Source of the DNA: Myxococcales bacterium
GTDB lineage: Bacteria > Myxococcota_A > UBA9042
Direction of reading: 5' to 3'
Assembly (NCBI GenBank): GCA_037441385.1
Contig: JBBISH010000001.1
Coordinates: 1 to 64,000, forward strand
Length of the DNA: 64,000 nt
Shown in pieces: positions 9,772 through 19,400 of the stretch; within the stretch, counting starts at the first letter, position 1, and each line of letters opens with the position of its first letter. Made by a program: the position numbers and the translations under genes. The notes under the pieces were generated by a model. That model had not been told where the DNA came from and did no database searches. It saw nothing but the letters and a program-made list of their open reading frames with translations.

Positions 9772-11511
9772 ATGGACATCGATCACGACGAACTGAACCT
9801 GCTCAGCGCCGCCGAACTGGATCAGCGCTACGCCAACCTTGGCGATATCGACGAATTCGTCGCCAAAACAGCCGACTACCAGGCTGGTCGCCTGAGCCCC
9901 GAGGCTTACCGTGCCTATCGCCTGACCCGCGGCGTGTACGGGCAGCGCCAACCTGACGTGTACATGCTGCGCCTGAAGATCCCCGGCGGCCTGGTCCTGC
10001 CCGATCAGCTCCAGGTCATCGCCGACCTGACCGCGGCGGCGCCCGAGCCGATTGCCCACATCACCACCCGCGAGAACATTCAGATCCACCACTTTGACTT
10101 GGGCAAGGTGGAGCCGTGGCTGCGCCGCTTGGCGGAAGTCGGTGTGACCACGACCGAAGCTTGCGGCAACACCGTGCGCAACATCACCCAGGATCCATGG
10201 GCTGGCCTTGCTCCCGACGAGCCGTTCGACACGACCCCGTATCTGCAGGCCATCGTTCGCTTTTTCTTGCGCAACCCGCGCGCTCAGGGCATGCCGCGCA
10301 AATTCAAGATGGCGGTGTCGACCTCGCCGGCCGATCGCGCGATGGCGGCCATCCACGACGTGGGCCTGGTCGCTTGCCTGGGCGACGACGGTCTGCCGGC
10401 GTTCAAGGTGCTGGTCGCGGGCGGCCTGGCGTCGATGCCGCGCTCGGGTCTGGAGTTGCACGCGGCTTGGCCAGCGGTGGACATCTTGACGCCGATCTTG
10501 GCGGTCATCGATTTCTTCCAGGCGCACGGCAACCGCACCATCCGCAGCAAGGCCCGCATCAAGCACGTCCTGCGCAAGCTGGGCGACGAGGCCTTTGCCG
10601 CCAAGTACCACGAGTACCTGGCGCTGGTGCAGAAGGATCCGCCGCCCAAGCTGGAGATTGTGCCCAAGCTGCACCCTGCGGTGCGGCCGTGGAGCCTTGC
10701 CAGCCTGCAACTACCTGGCGAGCTTGCGGCTTGGGCGCGTTCGGCGGTGCGGCCGACCCGCCATCGCGGGCTGGTGTTCGTGACGATTCGGCTGGATCAG
10801 GGTGGGGCGCTGAGCCCAGCGGATTTGCGCAACCTGGCCGACTTGGCGCAGCGCTATGGCCAGGGGTGGCTGCAGCTAACCCCCCAACAAAATGCGCTCT
10901 TGCGGGCTGTGCCGGTCGACCAGCTGCCCCAGCTGTACGCGGACTTGCAGCGGGCGGGGCTGGCCAAGCACGGCGCCGGGACCGCGGCGGACATCACTAG
11001 CTGCCCGGGCGCCTCGACGTGTGCGCTGGCCCTGACCTTCTCGCGCAACTTGGCCGAGCGGGTAGCCGCCCTGGTTGAAGAGCGGCCCGACGGTGATGTC
11101 AGTATCAAGATCTCGGGTTGCCACAACGCCTGCGGTCAGCACCACGTGGCCACGGTCGGTTTCCACGGCGCCCTGCGGCGCGTGGACGGTCGGCCGGCGC
11201 CGCACTACCGCCTGCTGGTGGGCGGTCAGGTGGGGCCGCAAGGGGCGATTTTTGGTGCGGATCTTGGACTCATCCCTGCGCAAAGGGCGGTGACGGCGCT
11301 GCAGCGCGTGTTGGCTCTGGCCGACGCGAACGCCAGGCCGGGACAGTCGGCCGGCGACTGGCTGCGCAGCCGACCCGTCCGCCAGCTGAACCAAGTCTTG
11401 GACGATCTGCGCGAGCTGGATCGCAGCGCCACCGAGCTGGATTTTTGGGACTTGGGCGCCACCGCGCCGTTCTTGGGCGAGGCGACCGGCCCCGGCGAGT
11501 GCGCCGCCTGA
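9772..11511 (+). CDS. Siroheme/[4Fe-4S] nitrite/sulfite reductase (ferredoxin-dependent type)
   Basis: GVYGQRQ, MLRLKIPGG, HITTRENIQ, ACGNTVRN, MPRKFK, SCPGASTC and SGCHNACG ligands; GGAG RBS. Confidence 0.9.
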   Translation: MDIDHDELNLLSAAELDQRYANLGDIDEFVAKTADYQAGRLSPEAYRAYRLTRGVYGQRQPDVYMLRLKIPGGLVLPDQLQVIADLTAAAPEPIAHITTRENIQIHHFDLGKVEPWLRRLAEVGVTTTEACGNTVRNITQDPWAGLAPDEPFDTTPYLQAIVRFFLRNPRAQGMPRKFKMAVSTSPADRAMAAIHDVGLVACLGDDGLPAFKVLVAGGLASMPRSGLELHAAWPAVDILTPILAVIDFFQAHGNRTIRSKARIKHVLRKLGDEAFAAKYHEYLALVQKDPPPKLEIVPKLHPAVRPWSLASLQLPGELAAWARSAVRPTRHRGLVFVTIRLDQGGALSPADLRNLADLAQRYGQGWLQLTPQQNALLRAVPVDQLPQLYADLQRAGLAKHGAGTAADITSCPGASTCALALTFSRNLAERVAALVEERPDGDVSIKISGCHNACGQHHVATVGFHGALRRVDGRPAPHYRLLVGGQVGPQGAIFGADLGLIPAQRAVTALQRVLALADANARPGQSAGDWLRSRPVRQLNQVLDDLRELDRSATELDFWDLGATAPFLGEATGPGECAA

Positions 11512-11564
11512 AGCGCGCGCCGCGACCTGTACCATGGCGCCCGCTTCTTGCTAGACTGCCGGCC

Positions 11565-12170
11565 ATGGCCCGGATCCTCCCCACCGCTCTCGTTTTATTG
11601 GTTGCGCTGCTGCTGGGCTGTTCCAGTCCAGATACCTTGGACGACCGCCCCGTGGCCGACGGTCAGCGCCTGACCGTGCCGATCGGCCTGACCAACCAAG
11701 CGACGGTGATCCCGCCCAAGGGCACCAAGCGCATCGATCTGCAGACCTGGGTCCAGCAGCTGGGCCAGGACCGCCTGCTGCTCTACCGGGTACACCGCGC
11801 CGCTGCGCCCGAAGGCGGCCTGCAGTCGGCCGTGGACGCGGCGCTTTCCGAGCTGGGCAAGCAAGGGCAGGGCGGGGTCGAGCGCGACTCGACCCTGGTG
11901 CTGGGCGACTTGGACGCCCGCCACATCCGCGCCACGGATTTGAAGGCCAATCCCCCCACTTCGCTGTGGATGGTGCTGACCGAGGCCGAGGATGGCCTCT
12001 ACACCGCGCTGGTGTTGGGTCAGCTGGACGACGTGCGCAAATTCGAGCAGCAGAACATGGACTTCTTGACCAGTCTGCGCATCCTGACCGCCCAAGGTGC
12101 ACCGGCCGCGCGGCCCCAGCCCGCCGACGACCTGACCCCGCCCGACGCGCCTACGCCCACTGGCCGCTGA
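11565..12170 (+). CDS. Hypothetical lipoprotein (possible PsbP/DcrB-like fold)
   Basis: Lipobox LLGC; ends F..SLRI followed by a Pro-rich tail. Confidence 0.65.
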   Translation: MARILPTALVLLVALLLGCSSPDTLDDRPVADGQRLTVPIGLTNQATVIPPKGTKRIDLQTWVQQLGQDRLLLYRVHRAAAPEGGLQSAVDAALSELGKQGQGGVERDSTLVLGDLDARHIRATDLKANPPTSLWMVLTEAEDGLYTALVLGQLDDVRKFEQQNMDFLTSLRILTAQGAPAARPQPADDLTPPDAPTPTGR

Positions 12171-12270
12171 CCGCACGCACACTCCTACCTGTAGCCCCAC
12201 CCGCAGCAACCAACCCTGTTGCCACCACAACCCGTTGTGGTCCACCATGGCCGCAAGCTTGGGAGGCAGC

Positions 12271-13656
12271 ATGAGCGAGATCACCCTTCTTCAGGATCCG
12301 GCCTTTCGCCGCAGGCGCACGATCAACTGGGTCAACCTGGGCCTGTTGTACTCGCTGTTCTACATGTCGCGGTACAACTTCATGGCCGCCGTGGGCGACC
12401 TCTCGGCGACTTTTGGCTGGGCCAAAGAAGACATCGGCGTGTTCGAATTCGTCATGCCGCTGGTCTACGGCATCTCGGTGGTCATCAATGGCCCCATTGC
12501 CGACCGCATCGGCGGCAAGAAGGCCTTCTTGGTGGGCACGGCCGGCGCGCTCGTGGCCAACTTTGGCTTTGGTCTCGCCTCGCTGTGGGTCGCGGAGCCG
12601 GCGCAGTGGGCCGGCGATGGCACGGCGCGCCACGTTGTCAAAGCCGCTGTCTTTGCCAGCGGTTGGGACAGCAAGTCGTTCCTCATGTACCTCGCGACGG
12701 TCTGGGGTATCAACGGCTACTTCCAATCGTTTGGCGCGCTGTCGATCGTCAAGGTCAACGCCCACTGGTTCCACGTGCGCGAACGCGGCACGTTTGCTGG
12801 CATCTTTGGCGTGCTGATCCGCTTTGGCCTGGTGCTGGGCCAGTCGGTGGCCCCGGCGATGATCGGCCTGTTCGGCGGCTGGCAGTGGGCCTTCTGGGTG
12901 CCGGCGCTGCTGCTGGGCGTGCTGTTCGTGACCAATTACCTGTATATGCAGAACTCGCCCAAAGACGCCGGCTTTGACGAGCTGGACACCGGCGACGCCA
13001 GCGACGACAGCACAGGAACCGTAAGAGTCACTGAAATTCTGGCAAAGGTCTTTACGAACCCGGTGACGCTGCGGATCGCCCTGGCGTCGATGATGATCGG
13101 TCTGGTGCGGCGCAGCGTGCTCGACGGAGCGTGGATGCCCAAGTATTTTGGCGAGTTGTTCAACGTCACCCGCACCACCGCCACCTGGCACATCACCTTC
13201 TGGCTAGCGGCCGCCGCGGGCATCGCCGGCGGTTTCATCTTTGGCTCGGCCTCGGACAAGGTCTACAGCGGCCGACGCGCCCCAGTGGTGGTCTTTGGCT
13301 TTGTCGGCATGGCGGTGGCTCTGATTTTGTTCTCGCTGGTGAACTACTTGCAGCTGGGCGTGGTGGCCACCGTGGGCATCATGATCTTGCTGTCGTTCGC
13401 GGTGAACGGCGCCCACGGCATGATCGGCGGCGCGGCCTCGATGGATTTTGGCGGCAAAAAGGCCGCGGCGACGGCGGCCGGACTGTTCGACGGCATGCAA
13501 TACGTGGCCAGCGCGGTGGTGGGCCCTGCAGTGCCGTGGCTGGTCAAGAATTGGGGCTGGGCTGGCTGGATTGCTGCACCGATTCCCTTCGCCATCCTGG
13601 GCGCGCTGATCATGGCGACCCTGTGGAACGCCACCCCAGGCAAGAAGGGGCACTAA
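12271..13656 (+). CDS. MFS transporter, organophosphate:Pi antiporter (GlpT/UhpC-like)
   Basis: YMSRYN, GPIADRIGGK, NGYFQSFG, WFHVRERG, AAATAAGLFDG; about 12 TM segments; GGAGG RBS. Confidence 0.88.
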   Translation: MSEITLLQDPAFRRRRTINWVNLGLLYSLFYMSRYNFMAAVGDLSATFGWAKEDIGVFEFVMPLVYGISVVINGPIADRIGGKKAFLVGTAGALVANFGFGLASLWVAEPAQWAGDGTARHVVKAAVFASGWDSKSFLMYLATVWGINGYFQSFGALSIVKVNAHWFHVRERGTFAGIFGVLIRFGLVLGQSVAPAMIGLFGGWQWAFWVPALLLGVLFVTNYLYMQNSPKDAGFDELDTGDASDDSTGTVRVTEILAKVFTNPVTLRIALASMMIGLVRRSVLDGAWMPKYFGELFNVTRTTATWHITFWLAAAAGIAGGFIFGSASDKVYSGRRAPVVVFGFVGMAVALILFSLVNYLQLGVVATVGIMILLSFAVNGAHGMIGGAASMDFGGKKAAATAAGLFDGMQYVASAVVGPAVPWLVKNWGWAGWIAAPIPFAILGALIMATLWNATPGKKGH

Positions 13657-13785
13657 ACGGCCCACCTGGCTTGGCGACGATCAGCTCGGCGCGGGTGGCG
13701 CGCGGCCCAGAGGCGCTAGATCGTCACACAATTGTGGCGCGTCGCAGCAAAACCCGTATGCTCGACGGGGAGGTGCTGCACCAGG

Positions 13786-15432
13786 ATGTCGTCCCGACCG
13801 TCGCCCGATCTGCCCGAAGCCTTCTTGGCCCGCCGCTTGCCCAGCGACGCCAAGATTCGTGCACCCGAACCCGCTGGCCCTAAACCCGATTTGCGAATCG
13901 GCGTCCACGATCGTTCGCGTTTGGAATGGGTCGCGACGGTGCCCATCGCGCCGCCGGGCGAGCAGCACACTTGGAACATCACCCTGCACGCCGAGATCCC
14001 CGACGCCATGTGGCTGGACCACGCGCCGTGGAATCACTTTACGGTTCGCTCGCGCTTGACCAGCCCGGCGCTGGCGCTGGGGCGCCGCCAACTGGGCCCC
14101 GACATCGACCAGTTGCGCCGCAAGACCATGGCCGCCGTCCACGACCTGAAGGGCGCGACCGCCGAGCTGGCGCGCGCCCTGCGCAAGTCCCGCCGAGCCG
14201 AGCAGCCCATCACCGACGAGCAAGCCCGCGCCCACGCCGCGCACCTGTGGCAGGCTGTGCTGGATGCCTGGGCCGCCCGCGAGCGGTTTGCGCCCAAGGG
14301 CGAGCGCGACAGCGAGGCGCTGCAACGCGAACATCGGCTGGCCGACGAGTTTGTGTCGAACCAAATCCTGATGCTGGTCACCGAGGTGGCGCGCACCATG
14401 GGACCGGCCCGCCTGGACGGCAAAAAGCGCGTGGTGCGCCTGACCGGGGCCACCCAACCGCTGCAAGCCGCACTCAGCGACGTGCTCGCGGCCGAGACGC
14501 AGTGGCGCCGCAACGCCGGGGTACGCTGGGCGGCGGTGAGCGAGCCGCACGCGATCGAGGGCTTTATCCAGAGGGCGGCGCAGCTGAAAAAACACTTCCA
14601 GCAGGCGCTGTTCCTGGATGCCCGCGCCTACATGCTGGACCAGCGGCTGCGCAACTGGATCGCCATCGCCATGGCCATGATCGCCTCGACCTTCTACTTT
14701 GTGTGGCAGATCTGGGTGCTCAATTCTGCCATGAATACGGCGACGACCACCAATTCGCTCCTGATCGCCGGCCTCATCGCGGGTGTCATCTACGCCGGCA
14801 AGGACCGCATCAAAGAGGTTGGGCGCGAGTGGGTGACCAAGCGCGTCCGCCGCACTTACGGCGATCGCATCGCCAACCTGCATTTGCAGCGGCGCATGGA
14901 CTCCAAGCACAGCCGCTTTGCCTTGGCGCGCGAGACGATCCTGGTCGATCGCCGCCAGCAGGCCGACCCGCTCAACCCTGCGCTGGGCAAGACTCAGGTC
15001 ACGCATCACTTGGAGATTACAGAAAAATTGCGGCACACGGGCCTGCCGATCCTGCGCGAACAAGGGCTCTTGGGTCTCAAGCACGTGTTCCGCTACGACC
15101 TGTCGCCGCTGCTGGTCAAGCTGGACGACCAGAAGAAGCGCGTGCCGGTCTACAACGGTGAGCAGGTGGTCAACCGTTCCGTGACGCGCGTGTACATGAT
15201 CGCGATCCGCGTGTGGATGCAGCGCAGCGACAGCGAAGAAGTACTGGAGCATAAGGGTATTTTGCGTTTGCGGCGCTCGGGCCTGGAGCGGTTCGTCGAG
15301 GTGGTCGACGCGGCCAGCCGTCCCCGGCGGCAACGATCGGCGCCCGCGGTCCCTGTGGCCGAGCCCGCTGCGACCGAGACCGTGTGGGATCCCCCGGCCT
15401 CTGCGGCAGATTCCGCGCTGGCCCGCAGCTGA
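13786..15432 (+). CDS. Conserved hypothetical membrane protein (two TM helices followed by KDRIKE)
   Basis: Long ORF with host-like codon use; hydrophobic hairpin IAIAMAMIASTFYF...LIAGVIYAGKDRIKE; start uncertain. Confidence 0.75.
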   Translation: MSSRPSPDLPEAFLARRLPSDAKIRAPEPAGPKPDLRIGVHDRSRLEWVATVPIAPPGEQHTWNITLHAEIPDAMWLDHAPWNHFTVRSRLTSPALALGRRQLGPDIDQLRRKTMAAVHDLKGATAELARALRKSRRAEQPITDEQARAHAAHLWQAVLDAWAARERFAPKGERDSEALQREHRLADEFVSNQILMLVTEVARTMGPARLDGKKRVVRLTGATQPLQAALSDVLAAETQWRRNAGVRWAAVSEPHAIEGFIQRAAQLKKHFQQALFLDARAYMLDQRLRNWIAIAMAMIASTFYFVWQIWVLNSAMNTATTTNSLLIAGLIAGVIYAGKDRIKEVGREWVTKRVRRTYGDRIANLHLQRRMDSKHSRFALARETILVDRRQQADPLNPALGKTQVTHHLEITEKLRHTGLPILREQGLLGLKHVFRYDLSPLLVKLDDQKKRVPVYNGEQVVNRSVTRVYMIAIRVWMQRSDSEEVLEHKGILRLRRSGLERFVEVVDAASRPRRQRSAPAVPVAEPAATETVWDPPASAADSALARS

Positions 15433-15470
15433 TCGGGTCGCAACGCTGCACGATTCGGAGGGATTTCTTG

Positions 15471-15764
15471 ATGAACACGGCGCCCGTGCGCAGTTCGGGT
15501 TGGTGGTTGGGTCTGGTCGTGCCTGGCGGCGCGCAATGGCGCAAGGGCGCGTGGTTCGACGGCGCGCTGGTCGCTCTGTCGGTAGGGCTGCTCCTGGTCC
15601 TGGCGGGCGCCGACGCCTCGGCCAACCAACCCCAAGCCCTGGCCAGCGGTTTTTGGATCGACGCTTGGCGGGTGATGGCCAGTGGCCGCAGCGGTCCACA
15701 GCCGATCTGGACCGTGACGCTGGCGGCGACGTTGCAGGTCGGTGCGGCCTGGTTCGGCCGCTGA
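15471..15764 (+). CDS. Small membrane protein
   Basis: LVVPGGAQW motif and hydrophobic segments; GGAGG upstream. Confidence 0.55.
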   Translation: MNTAPVRSSGWWLGLVVPGGAQWRKGAWFDGALVALSVGLLLVLAGADASANQPQALASGFWIDAWRVMASGRSGPQPIWTVTLAATLQVGAAWFGR

Positions 15765-15866
15765 ACGGGCCCGCGGTCGCCTGGGCGCAGGGTCCAGCAA
15801 TTGCACACGCCCCGGCAGATCGCGATACTTCGCGCTCAGCCGAATTGCGGTCGGCACAAGGACATC

Positions 15867-16202
15867 ATGCGGATCGTAGACAAGCCGTGGGGGCACGAGG
15901 AAATCTGGGCCGAGACGGCACGTTACGCTGGAAAATTTCTGGTGATTCGTCAGGGCGAGATGCTCTCTCGCCAATACCACGAGCGCAAAGAAGAGACGAT
16001 TTGTGTGGTCCACGGTCAGCTGCGACTGGAGTTGGGCCGCGGCCCCGACGAGGTTCGCACCCTGGGCCCTGGCGAGAGCTATCACGTCTTGCCCGGCACC
16101 GTGCACCGTTTCTGCGCGCCAGACGGCGAGGTGCGGCTGGCCGAGGTGAGCACCCCGGAATTGGATGACGTGGTTCGCCTGGCAGACAAGTACACGCGCT
16201 GA
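15867..16202 (+). CDS. Cupin-domain protein (mannose-6-phosphate isomerase type II C-terminal-like)
   Basis: VDKPWGHE, LSRQYHERKEET, PGTVHRF, EVSTPELDDVVRL. Confidence 0.85.
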   Translation: MRIVDKPWGHEEIWAETARYAGKFLVIRQGEMLSRQYHERKEETICVVHGQLRLELGRGPDEVRTLGPGESYHVLPGTVHRFCAPDGEVRLAEVSTPELDDVVRLADKYTR

Positions 16203-16489
16203 CGCGGACGTGGCAGTTGCCGTGGTCGACTGCGGTGACTCCGCACCGGCAATTGCGGGCGGGCGTCGCTCGACATCCTGAAAATCATTAAGGTAGACGG
16301 CGAGCCTCGGCAGGGTGGCTTTGCACCTGGGCGGCGGCCGCTGCCGAGCCAAACTGTTGCCCTTTGCCCCACCTGAACCTAGACTGCGACAGTGGCGCCG
16401 GCGGTTCTGGTTGGGGTCGCCGAAGGTCGAAGTTGCCGCCAAGGTGACTCCTGCTGCGCTGCTCTCCCTTTGCCGCTGCCGAGGCTCCG

Positions 16490-19400
16490 ATGCTGGTCGA
16501 GACCGAAACTGCACACCTGCCCGACGGCTCGGCCATCGAGGCTTTGGTCGCGGCGTTGCAGGCCGGCAACCTGTCCGCGACGGACGCGGCGGATCAGATG
16601 CTCGCGCTCTCGGCGGGCGAAGCCCACCCGCGCATCAAAGCAGCGCTGCTCGAGCGAGCCGCGGCGCTGGTCGCCCAACAGGATCAGCCGCGGTCTGCGA
16701 ACCTGCTTCGTGAGTCGTTTCGCCTATTTCCGACGCAGCCGGTTGGCTACGCCCTCCTCGCCACCGTGCAAGACGAACCCGCCTTCCGGCGCTTGCGACG
16801 GCTGGGCAACTTGGTCGATGCGATCGCTGCGCTGGCCGGGCCCGGTCCGGCCCGCGTGCAAGCCCTGATCGATGCTGGCCGCAACCACGTGGGCCAGGGC
16901 CACGGTCGCGCGGCGGTCGCGGCCTTGGAAGAGGCCTTGAGCCTGGATCCCAGCGCCGAAGCGGCCCGCGAGCTGCTGGCGGTGGCGCAACAGCAAGTGG
17001 TCGATCGCCAAGAAGCCCTGATCGAGCGCCGCATGGAGCTCGCCGAGTGCAGCGATGCCGACCGCGCCAATGCCCTGATTGGTTATGCGGAATTGCTCCT
17101 GGACGGCGACGAACCGCTGGGCGACGCGGCCGCGGTGCTGGCCGACGCCGTGGACGCCGGCGCCGCGGTGGAATTGGCGGCGCCCTTGTGGGTGGAAGTG
17201 GCGCGCGCCATGGGCGATCGCGGCGAGCTCACTCGGGCCTTGGCTTGTTCGCTCGCAGCCGGCGAAGCCCTGCCCACTCGGCTCCAGCACGCCGACGAAT
17301 TGGCCAATATTCCCAGCGTGGATCGCGAAGCGCCTGCCTCTGCGGCCCTGGCCCTGGGGGCGCTCGCCGAAGCCCTGCCGGACGACCTGACCATCGTCGC
17401 CCGGCTGGAAGTCGTTGGCGCCCTGCTGAGCGATCAGCCTGCCGTGGAGGCTGAGGAATTGCGCGCGCGGGCCGTCCGCGACCGCGATCGCAACCTAGAG
17501 ACGGCTTCGTCGTTGGCGCTGGCTTGGCTGGCCCACCACGATGGCGACTGGACGACTGCCGAGCGCCACTACCGGCGCGTGCGGACCCTGGCCCCCCAAG
17601 ACACCGAAGCGCTCGATTTCTTTGAGGGGTACTACCGCAAGACCGGCGATCACAAGCGGCTGCTGGTCGCGCTCAGCCAGCGCCTTGGCGCCAGTGAGGG
17701 CCGCGAGACGGTCAGCATCGCCTTGGAGATGGCCCACTTGTGTGAGGGGCCCTTGGCGTCGCCCGAGCGCGCCATCGAAGCCTATCAACGCGTTTTGACG
17801 GTACAACCCGACCACGTCGAGGCGATGGGGGCCCTGCAGCGCCTGAACGGCGAACTGCACCACTGGCCGGCCCTGCGCGACATCTTGGAGCGGCAAGTCC
17901 GGACCTATATTGCGAAAAGCGGTATCGATCCCGACGTGAAGGCGCTCGCACTCGCGGCCTTGGGTCGTCTGGCCGAACTGCTCACCGATCCGAACAAGTT
18001 GCCGGAACCGGACCAGGCGCTGGCCGTGTATCGCCGCATTTTGCATCTGGATCCGCGGCAACCCGAGGCTGTGGCAGCGGTGGTTCAGCACGCCGCTGCG
18101 ACGCAGCACTGGGAGCTAGCCGTGGCCACCCAACGGGCCGCGGGCCAAGCCTGCAGCGACCCGCACGAAGCAGCCGGATTCTTCCGTCAGGCGGCCCAGA
18201 CCGCTGCCACGCAGCTCGCCAATCCGGCGCTGTCTGCCGAACTGTGGCGGTTGGCGCTGACCGCGCTGCCCGGCGATCGCGAAATTTCCAAGAATCTTAG
18301 GGAAGTGGCCCTTGTTGCTGGCGATACCGTCGGCGCCCTGGACTCGCTCATCGGCGAGCTGACCGCACAGCTTGGCCCCGCCGCCCTGGATCCCGTTGCG
18401 CCCTTGCCCGACGGCGTGGCCAGCGAACTCGTGGCCACGCTGGAAGAAGCGGCCGCCCTGGCTGATGGCCAGCCCGATCGCGGCGACCTGGCCATGCGGC
18501 TGTACGCACTGCTCGCGGTCGCCGAACCCGGTCATTTGGCGGCCTTGGCGGTCTTGGTCGAGCACTGGCGCGACACGCGCACCGCCGACCTGATCGCGCT
18601 TCTGCAGCGGCAGCTCGTGGGCAAGCCCAGCAGCGCGCGGCAGACGCAGATCCTAGAGCATTTGGCGCAGTTGCACTTGCGGGCGCCCGCCGATCTGTCC
18701 GCGGCCGACCGCGCAGCGCAGCAGCTGCTGGAGCTGGACCCGGCCAACGCGTCGGCGCGCAGCGTGCAGATGCACTGTTCGGCCCAGCGCTTGGATTTTG
18801 CGGCGTTGCGCGCCCTGTGTGGCGCCGACCGATCCGGGGCCGAGCGCTTTGTCGAAGTTTGCCTGGATGCGGCCACCGATCGCAGCGACGGCGGGCGGTA
18901 CGCGCTTTGGCAGGCCGCGGCCACCACCTTGGCGAGCGAACTAGGGGATGCGGAGCGCGCGGCGGTCTTGTTGAGTGACGCCGTCCATTCCGCCAGCGAA
19001 ACCGACACGGGCACCGGCCGCGAGCAGGCGATCGCGCTGGCGCGCAACCTGCTGGACGTGGCCACAGCGGCGAATCTGCTGGGTGCGCAGCGGCTTGCGG
19101 TCGAATCCTTGGTGGGTTGGGTCGACGAGGCTGAGCAGGCCGCCATGCGGCAGAAGCTGGCCGATCTTGCCCTGATTTCTGGCGAAATTTCAGACGGTTT
19201 GGACCTGCTCAGCGCCGTGGCCGAAGACGAGTTGACCGCAGGGCGCGGCGACGGCTTTGCCGCGGCGACGGCCCGCATGTTGGCCGTGATCCGCGAGCTC
19301 GACGACGCCGACCTGGCCCTGCGCCACCTGCAGCGCCTGCTGGATTTGGCCGAACTTGCTCAGACCGACGAGGGGACGCGCGCCGCCCTGGGCGACCGCC

